Shown one piece after another: positions 6,778 to 15,090 of a stretch of 16,789 nucleotides of DNA. The stretch is taken from the NCBI GenBank assembly GCA_039801225.1, contig JBDRUH010000026.1, positions 1-16,789 of the forward strand, in the 5' to 3' direction. Both the position numbers and the translations under genes were made by a program. The notes below the pieces were generated by a model, which saw nothing but the letters and a program-made list of their open reading frames with translations, searched no databases and was not told where the DNA came from. This DNA comes from a candidate division WOR-3 bacterium (GTDB lineage Bacteria > Hydrothermota > Tepidihabitantia > Tepidihabitantales > Tepidihabitantaceae). Position 1 is the first letter of the stretch. Each line of letters opens with the position of its first letter.

Positions 6778-7391
6778 GCGGTCTTATCGGTAAAAAGGGT
6801 GAAATGACCCAGTTTTATGATGAGAAGGGAAGGGTGATTCCGGTAACCGCAATTGAAGTGGGTAGATGTGTTGTTGTTGGCGTCCGCACTAAGGAGAAGG
6901 ATGGTTATTGTGCTTTGCAGGTGGGACAGGGTAAGCCGAGTAAAAGGCAGTTAACAAAACCTTATGAAGAGTATTTTAAGAAGATAGGCGTTGCGCCGGT
7001 AAGATTTTTACGGGAGTTCCGGGTGAAGAGTATTGAAGGTTTTAAGGTTGGACAGGAGTTAACCGTTGATATTTTCCAGCCCGGAGATAAGGTGAAGGTT
7101 ACCGGCTGGACTAAAGGGCGAGGGTTTGCCGGTGGGATGAAGCGCTGGGGCTGGCATGGTGGTCCGGCTTCCCATGGGTCAATGTCACATCGTCGGATTG
7201 GCTCGGTTAGTTCTGGTTCTTCACCGGGAAGAGTATTACCTAATAGAACATTGCCCGGACATTATGGGACAGAGCGGGTGACTATTAAAAACTTAGAGGT
7301 GGTTAAGGTTGAGCCGGAGCGCGGGGTGATTTATGTCCGGGGTGCGGTGCCAGGGTATCGCGGTTCAGAGGTTTTGATTAGAAAGGGGTAG
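6774..7391 (+). CDS. rplC: 50S ribosomal protein L3
   Basis: [40 protein letters not shown]; synteny. Confidence 0.98.
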   Translation: MSGLIGKKGEMTQFYDEKGRVIPVTAIEVGRCVVVGVRTKEKDGYCALQVGQGKPSKRQLTKPYEEYFKKIGVAPVRFLREFRVKSIEGFKVGQELTVDIFQPGDKVKVTGWTKGRGFAGGMKRWGWHGGPASHGSMSHRRIGSVSSGSSPGRVLPNRTLPGHYGTERVTIKNLEVVKVEPERGVIYVRGAVPGYRGSEVLIRKG

Positions 7392-7395
7392 CAAG

Positions 7396-8103
7396 GTGGA
7401 GGTGTTAAAGGTATCCGGCGAGGTGAAGGGGCAAACTGAACTACCGGCCTCTTGGTTTGATTATCCCGCTTCTCCGAGTTTGGTGTGGGAGGCGGTGCGG
7501 TGTTATCTAACAAATCAACGCCAAGGAACCGCTAAGACTAAAACACGAGGCGAGGTTTCTGGAACGGGAAGAAAGCCCTGGCCCCAGAAGCATACCGGAA
7601 GGGCAAGGCACGGCTCGCGGCGTTCGCCTATCTGGGTTGGCGGTGGAATTGCCTGGGGTCCTAAGCCACGGGACTACGGTTATGAGTTGCCCAAGAAGGT
7701 GCGCCGGCAGGCGCTGGCGAGCGCGCTTACCAGTAAAGTGAAAGAAAACCGGCTTAAGATTGTGGAAGATTTTGAGTTATCCCAGGCAAAGACCAAGGAG
7801 TTGGTTAATATCCTCACTGGACTTGGGGTTGAAGGTTCGGTTTTGCTATTAATTGATGCTCCTTCGGAGCAACTATTACGAGCGGCAAGAAATATTTCCT
7901 GGCTTGATGTGATGCCAGCGGCACAAATTAATGCCTACGAGGTTGTAACCCATGACCAGATTGTTTTTACGGAAAAGGGACTGGCAGATTTTCTGGCAAA
8001 GGTTCCACCACCGGCGAAAAGAGGGTCAAACCTAAAAATGGTTTCTGAGTTTAAGGAAGGAAGTGATGAAGAAGAGGCGAGGAGTGGAGAATTGAATGTT
8101 TGA
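7396..8103 (+). CDS. rplD: 50S ribosomal protein L4
   Basis: GTG start; RQGTAKTKTRGEVSG, KPWPQKHTGRARHGS, GGGIAWGPKPRDY. Confidence 0.98.
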   Translation: MEVLKVSGEVKGQTELPASWFDYPASPSLVWEAVRCYLTNQRQGTAKTKTRGEVSGTGRKPWPQKHTGRARHGSRRSPIWVGGGIAWGPKPRDYGYELPKKVRRQALASALTSKVKENRLKIVEDFELSQAKTKELVNILTGLGVEGSVLLLIDAPSEQLLRAARNISWLDVMPAAQINAYEVVTHDQIVFTEKGLADFLAKVPPPAKRGSNLKMVSEFKEGSDEEEARSGELNV

Positions 8104-8383
8104 ACCAAATGATGTAATACTGGGTGTAATTATTACTGAGAAGTCAGAGAGGGTTAAAAGTGAGGAGGGTAGTTATACCCTGAAGGTTAGGCGGGACGCC
8201 AATAAGATTCAAATTCGTCAGGCGGTGGAAAGCCTGTTTAAGGTTCATGTTCGGGAAGTGCGGGTGATGAACTTTAAAGGTAAAAGACGACGGATGGGTG
8301 CATTTGAGGGTTATCGCCCGGATTGGAAGAAGGCGGTGGTTAAGTTGCGGTCGGGCGAAAAGATTGAAGCGCTGGAGCGTTAG
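8096..8383 (+). CDS. rplW: 50S ribosomal protein L23
   Basis: IITEKS, DANKIQIRQAVESLFKVHV, WKKAVVKL. Confidence 0.97.
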   Translation: MFEPNDVILGVIITEKSERVKSEEGSYTLKVRRDANKIQIRQAVESLFKVHVREVRVMNFKGKRRRMGAFEGYRPDWKKAVVKLRSGEKIEALER

Positions 8384-8385
8384 TT

Positions 8386-9210
8386 ATGGGGATTAAAGTA
8401 TATCGTCCGATAACTCCAGGAAGACGGTTTTATACCGTTGCCGACTTTAGCGAGATTACTCGGGAAGAGCCTTACAAACCTTTAATTGTGCCATTAAAGA
8501 AGAAGGGTGGTAGAAACAATTTAGGGAGAATTACCGCCAAATATCGGGGAGGTGGCGAGAAAAGATTCTATCGGATTATTGATTTTCTTCGGGATAAGAC
8601 CGGGATTTTAGGTAAGGTGGTTTCAATTGAATACGACCCTAATCGCTCAGCAAGAATTGCCCTGATTTCTTATGCCGATGGAGAATATCGCTATATTCTC
8701 TGTCCGGAAGGAATGAAGGTTGGGGATGAGATATCCTCCGGTAGGAATTTGCCGATTCGCATTGGGAATGCGATGCCGCTGGCTGATATTCCTGTTGGTG
8801 TAGAAATTCATAATTTACAGATTGCACCGGAAAGTCGTTCCTTTTTAGTTCGTTCTGCGGGAACTGCAGCGCAGATTCTCGCCAAAGAGGAGGGTTGGGC
8901 GGTGGTGAAATTGCCTTCTGGTGAAATCAGGAAGTTTGATTTAAGGTGCTGGGCGACGATTGGGCGGGTTTCCAACCCGGAACACAAGGACATTTCTATC
9001 GGCAAGGCGGGTCGTTCCCGACATATGGGTCGCCGTCCGAGAACCCGGGCGGTGGCAATGAACCCGGTTGACCACCCAATGGGCGGTGGCGAGGGAAAGA
9101 GTTCTGGAGGTCGGCATCCGTGTTCGGAGAAAGGTATGATCGCCAAAGGGTATAAGACCCGGAATCGGAAGAAGAAGTCAAGCCGGTTGATTATCCGACG
9201 GAGGGGTTAA
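8386..9210 (+). CDS. rplB: 50S ribosomal protein L2
   Basis: [37 protein letters not shown]. Confidence 0.99.
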   Translation: MGIKVYRPITPGRRFYTVADFSEITREEPYKPLIVPLKKKGGRNNLGRITAKYRGGGEKRFYRIIDFLRDKTGILGKVVSIEYDPNRSARIALISYADGEYRYILCPEGMKVGDEISSGRNLPIRIGNAMPLADIPVGVEIHNLQIAPESRSFLVRSAGTAAQILAKEEGWAVVKLPSGEIRKFDLRCWATIGRVSNPEHKDISIGKAGRSRHMGRRPRTRAVAMNPVDHPMGGGEGKSSGGRHPCSEKGMIAKGYKTRNRKKKSSRLIIRRRG

Positions 9211-9211
9211 A

Positions 9212-9508
9212 ATGGGGCGTTCAATAAAAAAGGGTCCTTATATTGACGAAAAACTATTTCGCCGAATAAAGGAGTTACAGGAAAAGGGAGAACGGCGGGT
9301 AATTAAAACTTATGCCCGGCGCTGTGTCATCCCACCGGAGTTTGTCGGGCAAACGATTGCGATACACAATGGCAACCGGTTTATCCCGGTTTATATCACT
9401 GAACGGATGGTTGGTCATCGTTTAGGTGAGTTTGCGCCCACCAGGACTTTCCGCCAGCATTCGGGTCAACGGCGGGAGAAAGCCCCTGAGGAGAAACGGG
9501 AGCATTAA
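9212..9508 (+). CDS. rpsS: 30S ribosomal protein S19
   Basis: [29 protein letters not shown]. Confidence 0.98.
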   Translation: MGRSIKKGPYIDEKLFRRIKELQEKGERRVIKTYARRCVIPPEFVGQTIAIHNGNRFIPVYITERMVGHRLGEFAPTRTFRQHSGQRREKAPEEKREH

Positions 9509-9512
9509 TCTT

Positions 9513-9869
9513 ATGGAGGCAATAGCCAGGAGTAGATTTCAAAGGGGTTCAGCCAAGAAGTTGAACCGGATTGCCATGCTCATCCGGGGCAAAGATGTTC
9601 CCACCGCTTTAGCGATAATGACCTTTTTAGCCAAACCTTCAAAGCGCCCGATAATGAAAACACTGAACTCGGCGGTTGCCAACGCTATTGCCAAAGCGGG
9701 AAAGGCAAAGTTACGGAAAGAGGATTTAATAGTGAAAGAGGTTCGGATAGACACCGGTCCTAATGTTATGAAGCGATTAATGCCCGGACCAAGAGGCACC
9801 GCTTCGGTATTTGTGCGCCGAATGTGCCATATTTATGTTAAGGTAGCAACTAAGGAGGATAATATTTAG
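9513..9869 (+). CDS. rplV: 50S ribosomal protein L22
   Basis: ATG 9513 (MEAIARSRF); [27 protein letters not shown]; position between rpsS and rpsC. Confidence 0.95.
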   Translation: MEAIARSRFQRGSAKKLNRIAMLIRGKDVPTALAIMTFLAKPSKRPIMKTLNSAVANAIAKAGKAKLRKEDLIVKEVRIDTGPNVMKRLMPGPRGTASVFVRRMCHIYVKVATKEDNI

Positions 9870-9870
9870 T

Positions 9871-10509
9871 ATGGGACAGAAGACCCACCCGCTCGGATTT
9901 AGATTGGGGATTACTAAAGATTGGAAGTCGGGGTGGTTTGAGGAGAAGCGTTATCGGGATTACCTTTTAGAAGATTTGAGAATTAGACGCTATATAGATA
10001 CCAAACTGGCTGAGGCGATGGTTGCCAATTTAGAAATCCGGCGCGTGCCGAACCGGACGACGATAACAATTTATACCGCCCGGCCGGGGATGGTTTTTGG
10101 TGCAAAGCGTCAGGCGTTGGAAGATTTACGGGAAGAGATTAAGCGAATGCTCGGTAAGGATGTGGCGATTCTGGTTGAGGTGGTCCGGGTGCCAGAACTT
10201 GAGGCGAAACTGGTGGCTCAGAACATCGCCCGTCAGTTGGAACAGCGGGTTGCCCACCGCCGGGCGATGAAAAGAGCGGTTACTCAGGCGATGCGCCTTG
10301 GCGCTCAGGGTATTAAGGTGATGGTTTCCGGAAGGTTAGGTGGTGCGGAGATTGCCCGCAGTGAGTGGTATCGTGAGGGAAGGGTGCCATTGCAAACCCT
10401 TACCGCCGATATTGACTACGCAGTAGATGTTGCCAAGACAATCGCTGGAACCTGCGGTGTGAAGGTCTGGATTTACAAGGGCGATATTCAAAAGGAATCA
10501 AGGAGTTAA
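9871..10509 (+). CDS. rpsC: 30S ribosomal protein S3
   Basis: [52 protein letters not shown]. Confidence 0.99.
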   Translation: MGQKTHPLGFRLGITKDWKSGWFEEKRYRDYLLEDLRIRRYIDTKLAEAMVANLEIRRVPNRTTITIYTARPGMVFGAKRQALEDLREEIKRMLGKDVAILVEVVRVPELEAKLVAQNIARQLEQRVAHRRAMKRAVTQAMRLGAQGIKVMVSGRLGGAEIARSEWYREGRVPLQTLTADIDYAVDVAKTIAGTCGVKVWIYKGDIQKESRS

Positions 10510-10512
10510 GCG

Positions 10513-10941
10513 ATGTTGATGCCAAAGCGGGTGAAATATCGGAAGGCGATGCGCGGTCGGATGAAAGGCAAGGCAACAAGTGCCAACCGGGTGGATTTCG
10601 GTGAATTCGGTCTGGTGGCATTAGAGCCTTGCTGGATAACCGCCCGGCAGATTGAAGCGGCGCGGCTTTGTCTTACCAAATTTCTCAAACGCACCGGTAA
10701 AATGTGGATTAGAGTATTTCCCGACAAGCCGGTTTCTAAAAAGCCGGCGGAATCAAGAATGGGTAAAGGTAAAGGTGATCCCGAGGAGTGGGTTTGTGTT
10801 GTGAAGCCCGGCAGGGTAATTTTTGAACTGGGCGGTCTGCCAAAAGAGGAGGCGGTGGCGGCGCTGCGGCTGGCAGCGAGTAAGATGCCCTGCCGGACAA
10901 GGTTGATTGAGCGCGAGGAGTTCGCCTATGAAGGCTTCTGA
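10513..10941 (+). CDS. rplP: 50S ribosomal protein L16
   Basis: [34 protein letters not shown]. Confidence 0.99.
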   Translation: MLMPKRVKYRKAMRGRMKGKATSANRVDFGEFGLVALEPCWITARQIEAARLCLTKFLKRTGKMWIRVFPDKPVSKKPAESRMGKGKGDPEEWVCVVKPGRVIFELGGLPKEEAVAALRLAASKMPCRTRLIEREEFAYEGF

Positions 10942-11143
10942 GTTACGAGAATTAACCAAAGAAGAACTATTGCGGAAATTGACCGAGTTGAAGGACGAGT
11001 TATTGAAACTTAAGTTACGCCGGTCAACTGAGCAGTTACCCAATCCCCTTCGCCTCCGAGTTTTGCGCCGGGACATCGCCCGTTGTCTTACGATTCTTAA
11101 TGAGATTGAGAGGAGAAAAGGTGGCGGAAGTAAAGGTTCGTAA
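10928..11143 (+). CDS. rpmC: 50S ribosomal protein L29
   Basis: ATG 10928 after [15 protein letters not shown]...[11 protein letters not shown]. Confidence 0.95.
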   Translation: MKASELRELTKEELLRKLTELKDELLKLKLRRSTEQLPNPLRLRVLRRDIARCLTILNEIERRKGGGSKGS

Positions 11144-11375
11144 TCGCCGAAGAACAGTAGTTGGCACAGTAGTGTCAGCAAAGATGCAAAAGACGGTGGT
11201 GGTGGTGACGGAGCGATTGGTCCAGCACCCCAAATACAAGAAATATATCCAAAAACGGACGAAATTATACGCCCATGACGAACGGGCAGAGTGCCAGGAG
11301 GGCGACCGGGTGCTTTTAATGGAGACCAGACCGCTGTCAAAACTTAAGCGTTGGCGGGTGGTGAGCAAGTTATGA
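11121..11375 (+). CDS. rpsQ: 30S ribosomal protein S17
   Basis: GTG 11121 after [40 protein letters not shown]. Confidence 0.97.
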   Translation: MAEVKVRNRRRTVVGTVVSAKMQKTVVVVTERLVQHPKYKKYIQKRTKLYAHDERAECQEGDRVLLMETRPLSKLKRWRVVSKL

Positions 11376-11740
11376 TTCAGGAGTATAGCAGACTAACTGT
11401 GGCTGATAATTCTGGTGCCCGAGTGGCGATGGTAATAAAAGTTTACGGCGGTTCAAAGCGGCGCTATGGCTGGTTAGGAGACACAGTCCTGGTGACGATT
11501 AAAGATGCTTTGCCTAACGGTCCGATAAAACCGGGTGACAAGTCCAAGGCGGTGGTGGTAAGGACGAAGAAAGAGTGGCGCCGCGAGGACGGGACATATA
11601 TTAGATTTGATGACAACGCCTGCGTCTTAATTGATGACAAAGGAGAACCCAAGGGAACGCGGGTTTTTGGTCCAGTAGCCCGCGAGTTAAGGGAAAAGAA
11701 GTTTACCAAGATAATCTCGCTGGCAACTGAGGTGGTGTAA
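11372..11740 (+). CDS. rplN: 50S ribosomal protein L14
   Basis: ATG 11372 [36 protein letters not shown]. Confidence 0.99.
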   Translation: MIQEYSRLTVADNSGARVAMVIKVYGGSKRRYGWLGDTVLVTIKDALPNGPIKPGDKSKAVVVRTKKEWRREDGTYIRFDDNACVLIDDKGEPKGTRVFGPVARELREKKFTKIISLATEVV

Positions 11741-11741
11741 G

Positions 11742-12065
11742 ATGCGACTCCGGAAAGGTGATGTGGTAGAGGTAATTACCGGTGAAGAACGGGGACGACG
11801 CGGTAAAATTCTCAAAATAGAGTGGCACAATAAAAGTCAGAGTTATCGGGCAATTGTTGAGGGTTTGAATCTGGCGAAGCGGCATCAACGAACTCGGGGA
11901 CCAGATAAACCAGGTGGTATTGTTGATTTGCCCAATCCGATAAATATCGCCAATCTTGCCCTTATCTGTCCGAAGTGTGGCAAGAGGACAAAGGTAAAGC
12001 GGGAGGTGCATGAAGGTAGACGGGTAAGGGTGTGTAAGGAGTGTGAGGAAATAATTGATGTATGA
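11742..12065 (+). CDS. rplX: 50S ribosomal protein L24 (Zn-ribbon type)
   Basis: KOW motif KGDVVEVITGEERGRRG, VEGLNL, CPKC...CKEC. Confidence 0.97.
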   Translation: MRLRKGDVVEVITGEERGRRGKILKIEWHNKSQSYRAIVEGLNLAKRHQRTRGPDKPGGIVDLPNPINIANLALICPKCGKRTKVKREVHEGRRVRVCKECEEIIDV

Positions 12066-12610
12066 GCGCAAGATTAAAAGATTTTTATTTGAATAAGATT
12101 ATCCCGAGGCTAGTGAAGCGGTTTGGCTATAAAAATAAACATCAGGTGCCAAAACTGGTTAAAGTAGTTATAAATGTTACCACTAAGGAGGCGGTGAGTG
12201 ACTCTAAGGTATTGGATGTTATTGCCGATGATTTGGCGATGATTACCGGTCAGAGACCGGTCCGGACCTATGCCAAACGGGCGATTTCGGCATTCCGGAT
12301 TCGGGAGGGGATGCCGTTGGGTGTTAAGGTTACCCTTCGGGGCGAAAGGATGTATGAATTCCTTGACCGGTTTTTTAACTTAGCCGCGCCCAAAATCAGG
12401 GATTTCCGCGGATTCCCTACCGACTCTTTTGATGGGCGCGGTGGCTATAGTTTGGGGGTACAGGAGCAGGTTATTTTTCCCGAGATTGAGGTTGCCAAGG
12501 TGAAGAAAATTTTCGGAATGACGATAACTTTTCAAACAACCGCTAAACATGATGATGAGGCTAGGGCGTTACTGGAGGAGTTAGGTATGCCTTTTGCAAA
12601 AAGGAAGTAA
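12062..12610 (+). CDS. rplE: 50S ribosomal protein L5
   Basis: [49 protein letters not shown]. Confidence 0.98.
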   Translation: MSARLKDFYLNKIIPRLVKRFGYKNKHQVPKLVKVVINVTTKEAVSDSKVLDVIADDLAMITGQRPVRTYAKRAISAFRIREGMPLGVKVTLRGERMYEFLDRFFNLAAPKIRDFRGFPTDSFDGRGGYSLGVQEQVIFPEIEVAKVKKIFGMTITFQTTAKHDDEARALLEELGMPFAKRK

Positions 12611-12611
12611 T

Positions 12612-12797
12612 ATGGCGCGTAAATGTTTAATTATAAAGTCTAAAAGAGAGCCGAAGTTCAAAGTGCGCAAGCACAACCGCTGTCAGATCTGTTTTCGGTC
12701 GCGGGCATATTATCGGAAATTCGGACTCTGCCGGCTTTGCTTTAGAGAACTGGCACTCCGGGGTGAGATACCGGGTGTCCGAAAAGCCACTTGGTAA
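12612..12797 (+). CDS. rpsN: 30S ribosomal protein S14 type Z (Zn-binding, 61 aa)
   Basis: ATG 12612; RCQIC...[23 protein letters not shown]. Confidence 0.97.
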   Translation: MARKCLIIKSKREPKFKVRKHNRCQICFRSRAYYRKFGLCRLCFRELALRGEIPGVRKATW

Positions 12798-12809
12798 TAG
12801 GGAGGCAAT

Positions 12810-13199
12810 TTGGACCCGATAGCCGATTTCCTGACCGCAATCCGCAATGGACTTTCTGCCCGTTTGAAGGAGATTGTTATTCCCTACTCCCGATTGAAGT
12901 ATGAAATTGCCCGCATTTTAATGGAGGAAGGTTTTATCAGCAATTTCCGCACAAGTGGTGAGGGGGTCAAAAAGCAAATTATTGTCAGCCTTAAGTATCT
13001 TGAGAACGGAGAACCGGTAATCCGCGGACTAAAACGGGTTTCAAAACAGAGCCGAAGAGTTTATCTGGGATGGGATGAAATCCCCCGGGTAATGGGCGGT
13101 TTAGGGATGGCGATTCTTTCCACCCCTGAGGGCGTTCTCTCTGACAGAGAAGCAAGGCGACGCCGGGTTGGTGGCGAACTTATCTGTAAGGTGTGGTAG
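12810..13199 (+). CDS. rpsH: 30S ribosomal protein S8
   Basis: TTG start after GGAGG; DPIADFLTAIRN, EEGFI, RVSK..RRVY, GLGMAILST, VGGELIC. Confidence 0.98.
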   Translation: MDPIADFLTAIRNGLSARLKEIVIPYSRLKYEIARILMEEGFISNFRTSGEGVKKQIIVSLKYLENGEPVIRGLKRVSKQSRRVYLGWDEIPRVMGGLGMAILSTPEGVLSDREARRRRVGGELICKVW

Positions 13200-13201
13200 T
13201 T

Positions 13202-13771
13202 ATGGCGAAAGTTTATCGACCGTTTCCCATTCCCGATGGGGTGCAGGTAAAGATAGAAGGGGATAAGGTAATAGTTACCGGTAAACTGGGCACACTAACA
13301 CTTTCCCTTCCCAAGGGTGTGGTGGTCAAGTTGGAAAACCATAAGGTAAATGTTGAGGGAGAAGGTGGGGTTGAGCGGGTGCATATTGGCACCACCCGAG
13401 CCCATCTGCAGAATATGTTTGTCGGAGTAACGAATGGCTATCAGAAGGTAGTGGAACTGAGAGGTATGGGTTACAGGGCTCAAAAAACCAAGTCAGGTAT
13501 TCAGTTTGAATGTGGCTTCTCCCATCCGGTGGAAATTGCCGCTCCCCCTGGCATTTCTTTTGCGATAAATCAGGTTCCCAACCCTGAAGACACTAAAGAG
13601 CAGATGTTTGAGATTACTATTTCCGGAATAGACAAGCAAATTGTGGGGAATATTGCCGCGAAAATTCGGGCGATTAAACCGGCTGACCCTTATCACGGCA
13701 AAGGCTTTCGCTACAAAGGTGAGCGGGTGCGGAAGAAGGCGGGTAAGCGGGCGGTTGCAACCCAGGCTTAA
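13202..13771 (+). CDS. rplF: 50S ribosomal protein L6
   Basis: ATG 13202; GTTRAHLQNMFVGVTNGY, GMGYRA, GFSHPV, GIDKQIVG, PYHGKGFRY. Confidence 0.96.
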   Translation: MAKVYRPFPIPDGVQVKIEGDKVIVTGKLGTLTLSLPKGVVVKLENHKVNVEGEGGVERVHIGTTRAHLQNMFVGVTNGYQKVVELRGMGYRAQKTKSGIQFECGFSHPVEIAAPPGISFAINQVPNPEDTKEQMFEITISGIDKQIVGNIAAKIRAIKPADPYHGKGFRYKGERVRKKAGKRAVATQA

Positions 13772-13796
13772 TCTTTAAAACTATTCCAGTTAGACT

Positions 13797-13824
13797 TTGA
13801 CTTTTTCCCTATAAGTGTTAGGAT
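13797..13824 (+). promoter_or_regulatory. tRNA-Glu/fabH promoter (TTGACT-N16-TAGGAT, extended -10 TG)
   Basis: TTGACT 13797-13802, TG 13816-13817, TAGGAT 13819-13824; 10 nt before the tRNA. Confidence 0.7.
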
Positions 13825-13834
13825 TGAACGAGTT

Positions 13835-13909
13835 AGCCCCATCGTCTAGTCCGGCCCAGGACGTCTGGTTCTCAGCCAGAAGACTGGGGTTCAAATCCCC
13901 ATGGGGCTA
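13835..13909 (+). tRNA. tRNA-Glu(CUC), CCA not encoded
   Basis: Acceptor AGCCCCA/TGGGGCT plus discriminator A; anticodon arm TCTGG-TT-CTC-AG-CCAGA; T arm TGGGG-TTCAAAT-CCCCA. Confidence 0.97.
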
Positions 13910-13929
13910 TTTAATAGTTCTTTATCTTT

Positions 13930-14913
13930 ATGACAAAGTCAATCAAGATTGTCGGAACCGGTCGGGCATTACCTGAGCGGATACTTACCAACTTTGATTT
14001 AGAGAAAATGGTTGATACCAGTGATGCCTGGATTGTGGAACGCACTGGCATCAGGGAACGCCGGATTGCCGACAAAGATACCGCCACCTCAGACCTGGTG
14101 GTAGCGGCTTTGAAAAAAGCCTGCCAGGAGGCAGAAATAAAACCTGAGGAACTGGATACAATTATAGTTGGTACATCCACTCCAGATACAATTTACCCGG
14201 CTACCGCCTGCTGGGTGCAAAAAATTTTAGGAATCAGAGGAAGCGCCGCATTTGACATCAGCGCCGGCTGCTCCGGTTTTCTATTTGCCCTGGAGGTTGC
14301 GGCAAACTTAATTGTTGCCGGCACTGCCCAGAAAGTTGGAGTGGCGGGTGGCGAAGTGATGTCCAAAGTGGTAAATTGGCAGGACCGCTCTACCTGCGTC
14401 CTTTTTGGCGATGGCGCCGGGGCGGTGGTGGTTGTCCCTGGTGATGGCAAATCAGGGATTCTCGCATCCAACTGGGGCTGTGATGGCAACCTGGCGCCGC
14501 TTTTATACCAGCCTGCCGGAGGGACCAGAATGCCGACGAGTGAAGAAACCTTAAAAAATATGGCGCATACGGTTCATATGGAGGGAAACCAGGTCTTTAA
14601 ACACGCAGTCCGGGCGATGGGCAACTCATCCCTCAAGGCTTTACAGGATGCCGGCATTACACCTGAAGAGGTAAAACTTTTTATCCCTCATCAGGCGAAT
14701 ATGAGGATTATGGAGGCGGCGCGGGAGCGAACCGGAATTCCCTTTGAAAAGATGTTTGTTGTCCTGGACAGATATGGTAATATGTCGGCGGCAACAATAC
14801 CGGTGGCGATTGATGAAGCAAGAGAACAGGGCAGAATACAGGATGGCGATATAATCCTTTTAACCGCATTTGGCACCGGTTTCACCTGGGCAGCGATGGT
14901 GTTCCGCTGGTAA
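13930..14913 (+). CDS. fabH: 3-oxoacyl-ACP synthase III
   Basis: DTSDAWIVERTGIRERR, AGCSGF (Cys), VLFGDGAGA, PHQAN (His), YGNMSAA (Asn), GTGFTW. Confidence 0.97.
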   Translation: MTKSIKIVGTGRALPERILTNFDLEKMVDTSDAWIVERTGIRERRIADKDTATSDLVVAALKKACQEAEIKPEELDTIIVGTSTPDTIYPATACWVQKILGIRGSAAFDISAGCSGFLFALEVAANLIVAGTAQKVGVAGGEVMSKVVNWQDRSTCVLFGDGAGAVVVVPGDGKSGILASNWGCDGNLAPLLYQPAGGTRMPTSEETLKNMAHTVHMEGNQVFKHAVRAMGNSSLKALQDAGITPEEVKLFIPHQANMRIMEAARERTGIPFEKMFVVLDRYGNMSAATIPVAIDEAREQGRIQDGDIILLTAFGTGFTWAAMVFRW

Positions 14914-15090
14914 AACTATAAATCTCCCTTCCGCTTAAGTTTTTCTTCACACTCACAATTACTTTCCCGTTCCTGATAGAGTTCCATGAGAAAAATTCCT
15001 TTCGCCTTCTCCTCGTCGCGACAGAGATTAATGTCTGTTCTACTGAAAGTGGAAAGGTGAGGGTATCATTCCATTCGGCTGCAGCAAATA

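Noticed and set aside
13772..14913. Apparent weakening of G-over-C skew after rplF as evidence of an inversion
   Set aside because: Spot counts vary line to line and track gene composition; needs a proper cumulative skew computation
13835..15090. tRNA-Glu as attachment site of the R-M island
   Set aside because: fabH lies between them, and no duplicated tRNA 3' end or integrase is visible in the window
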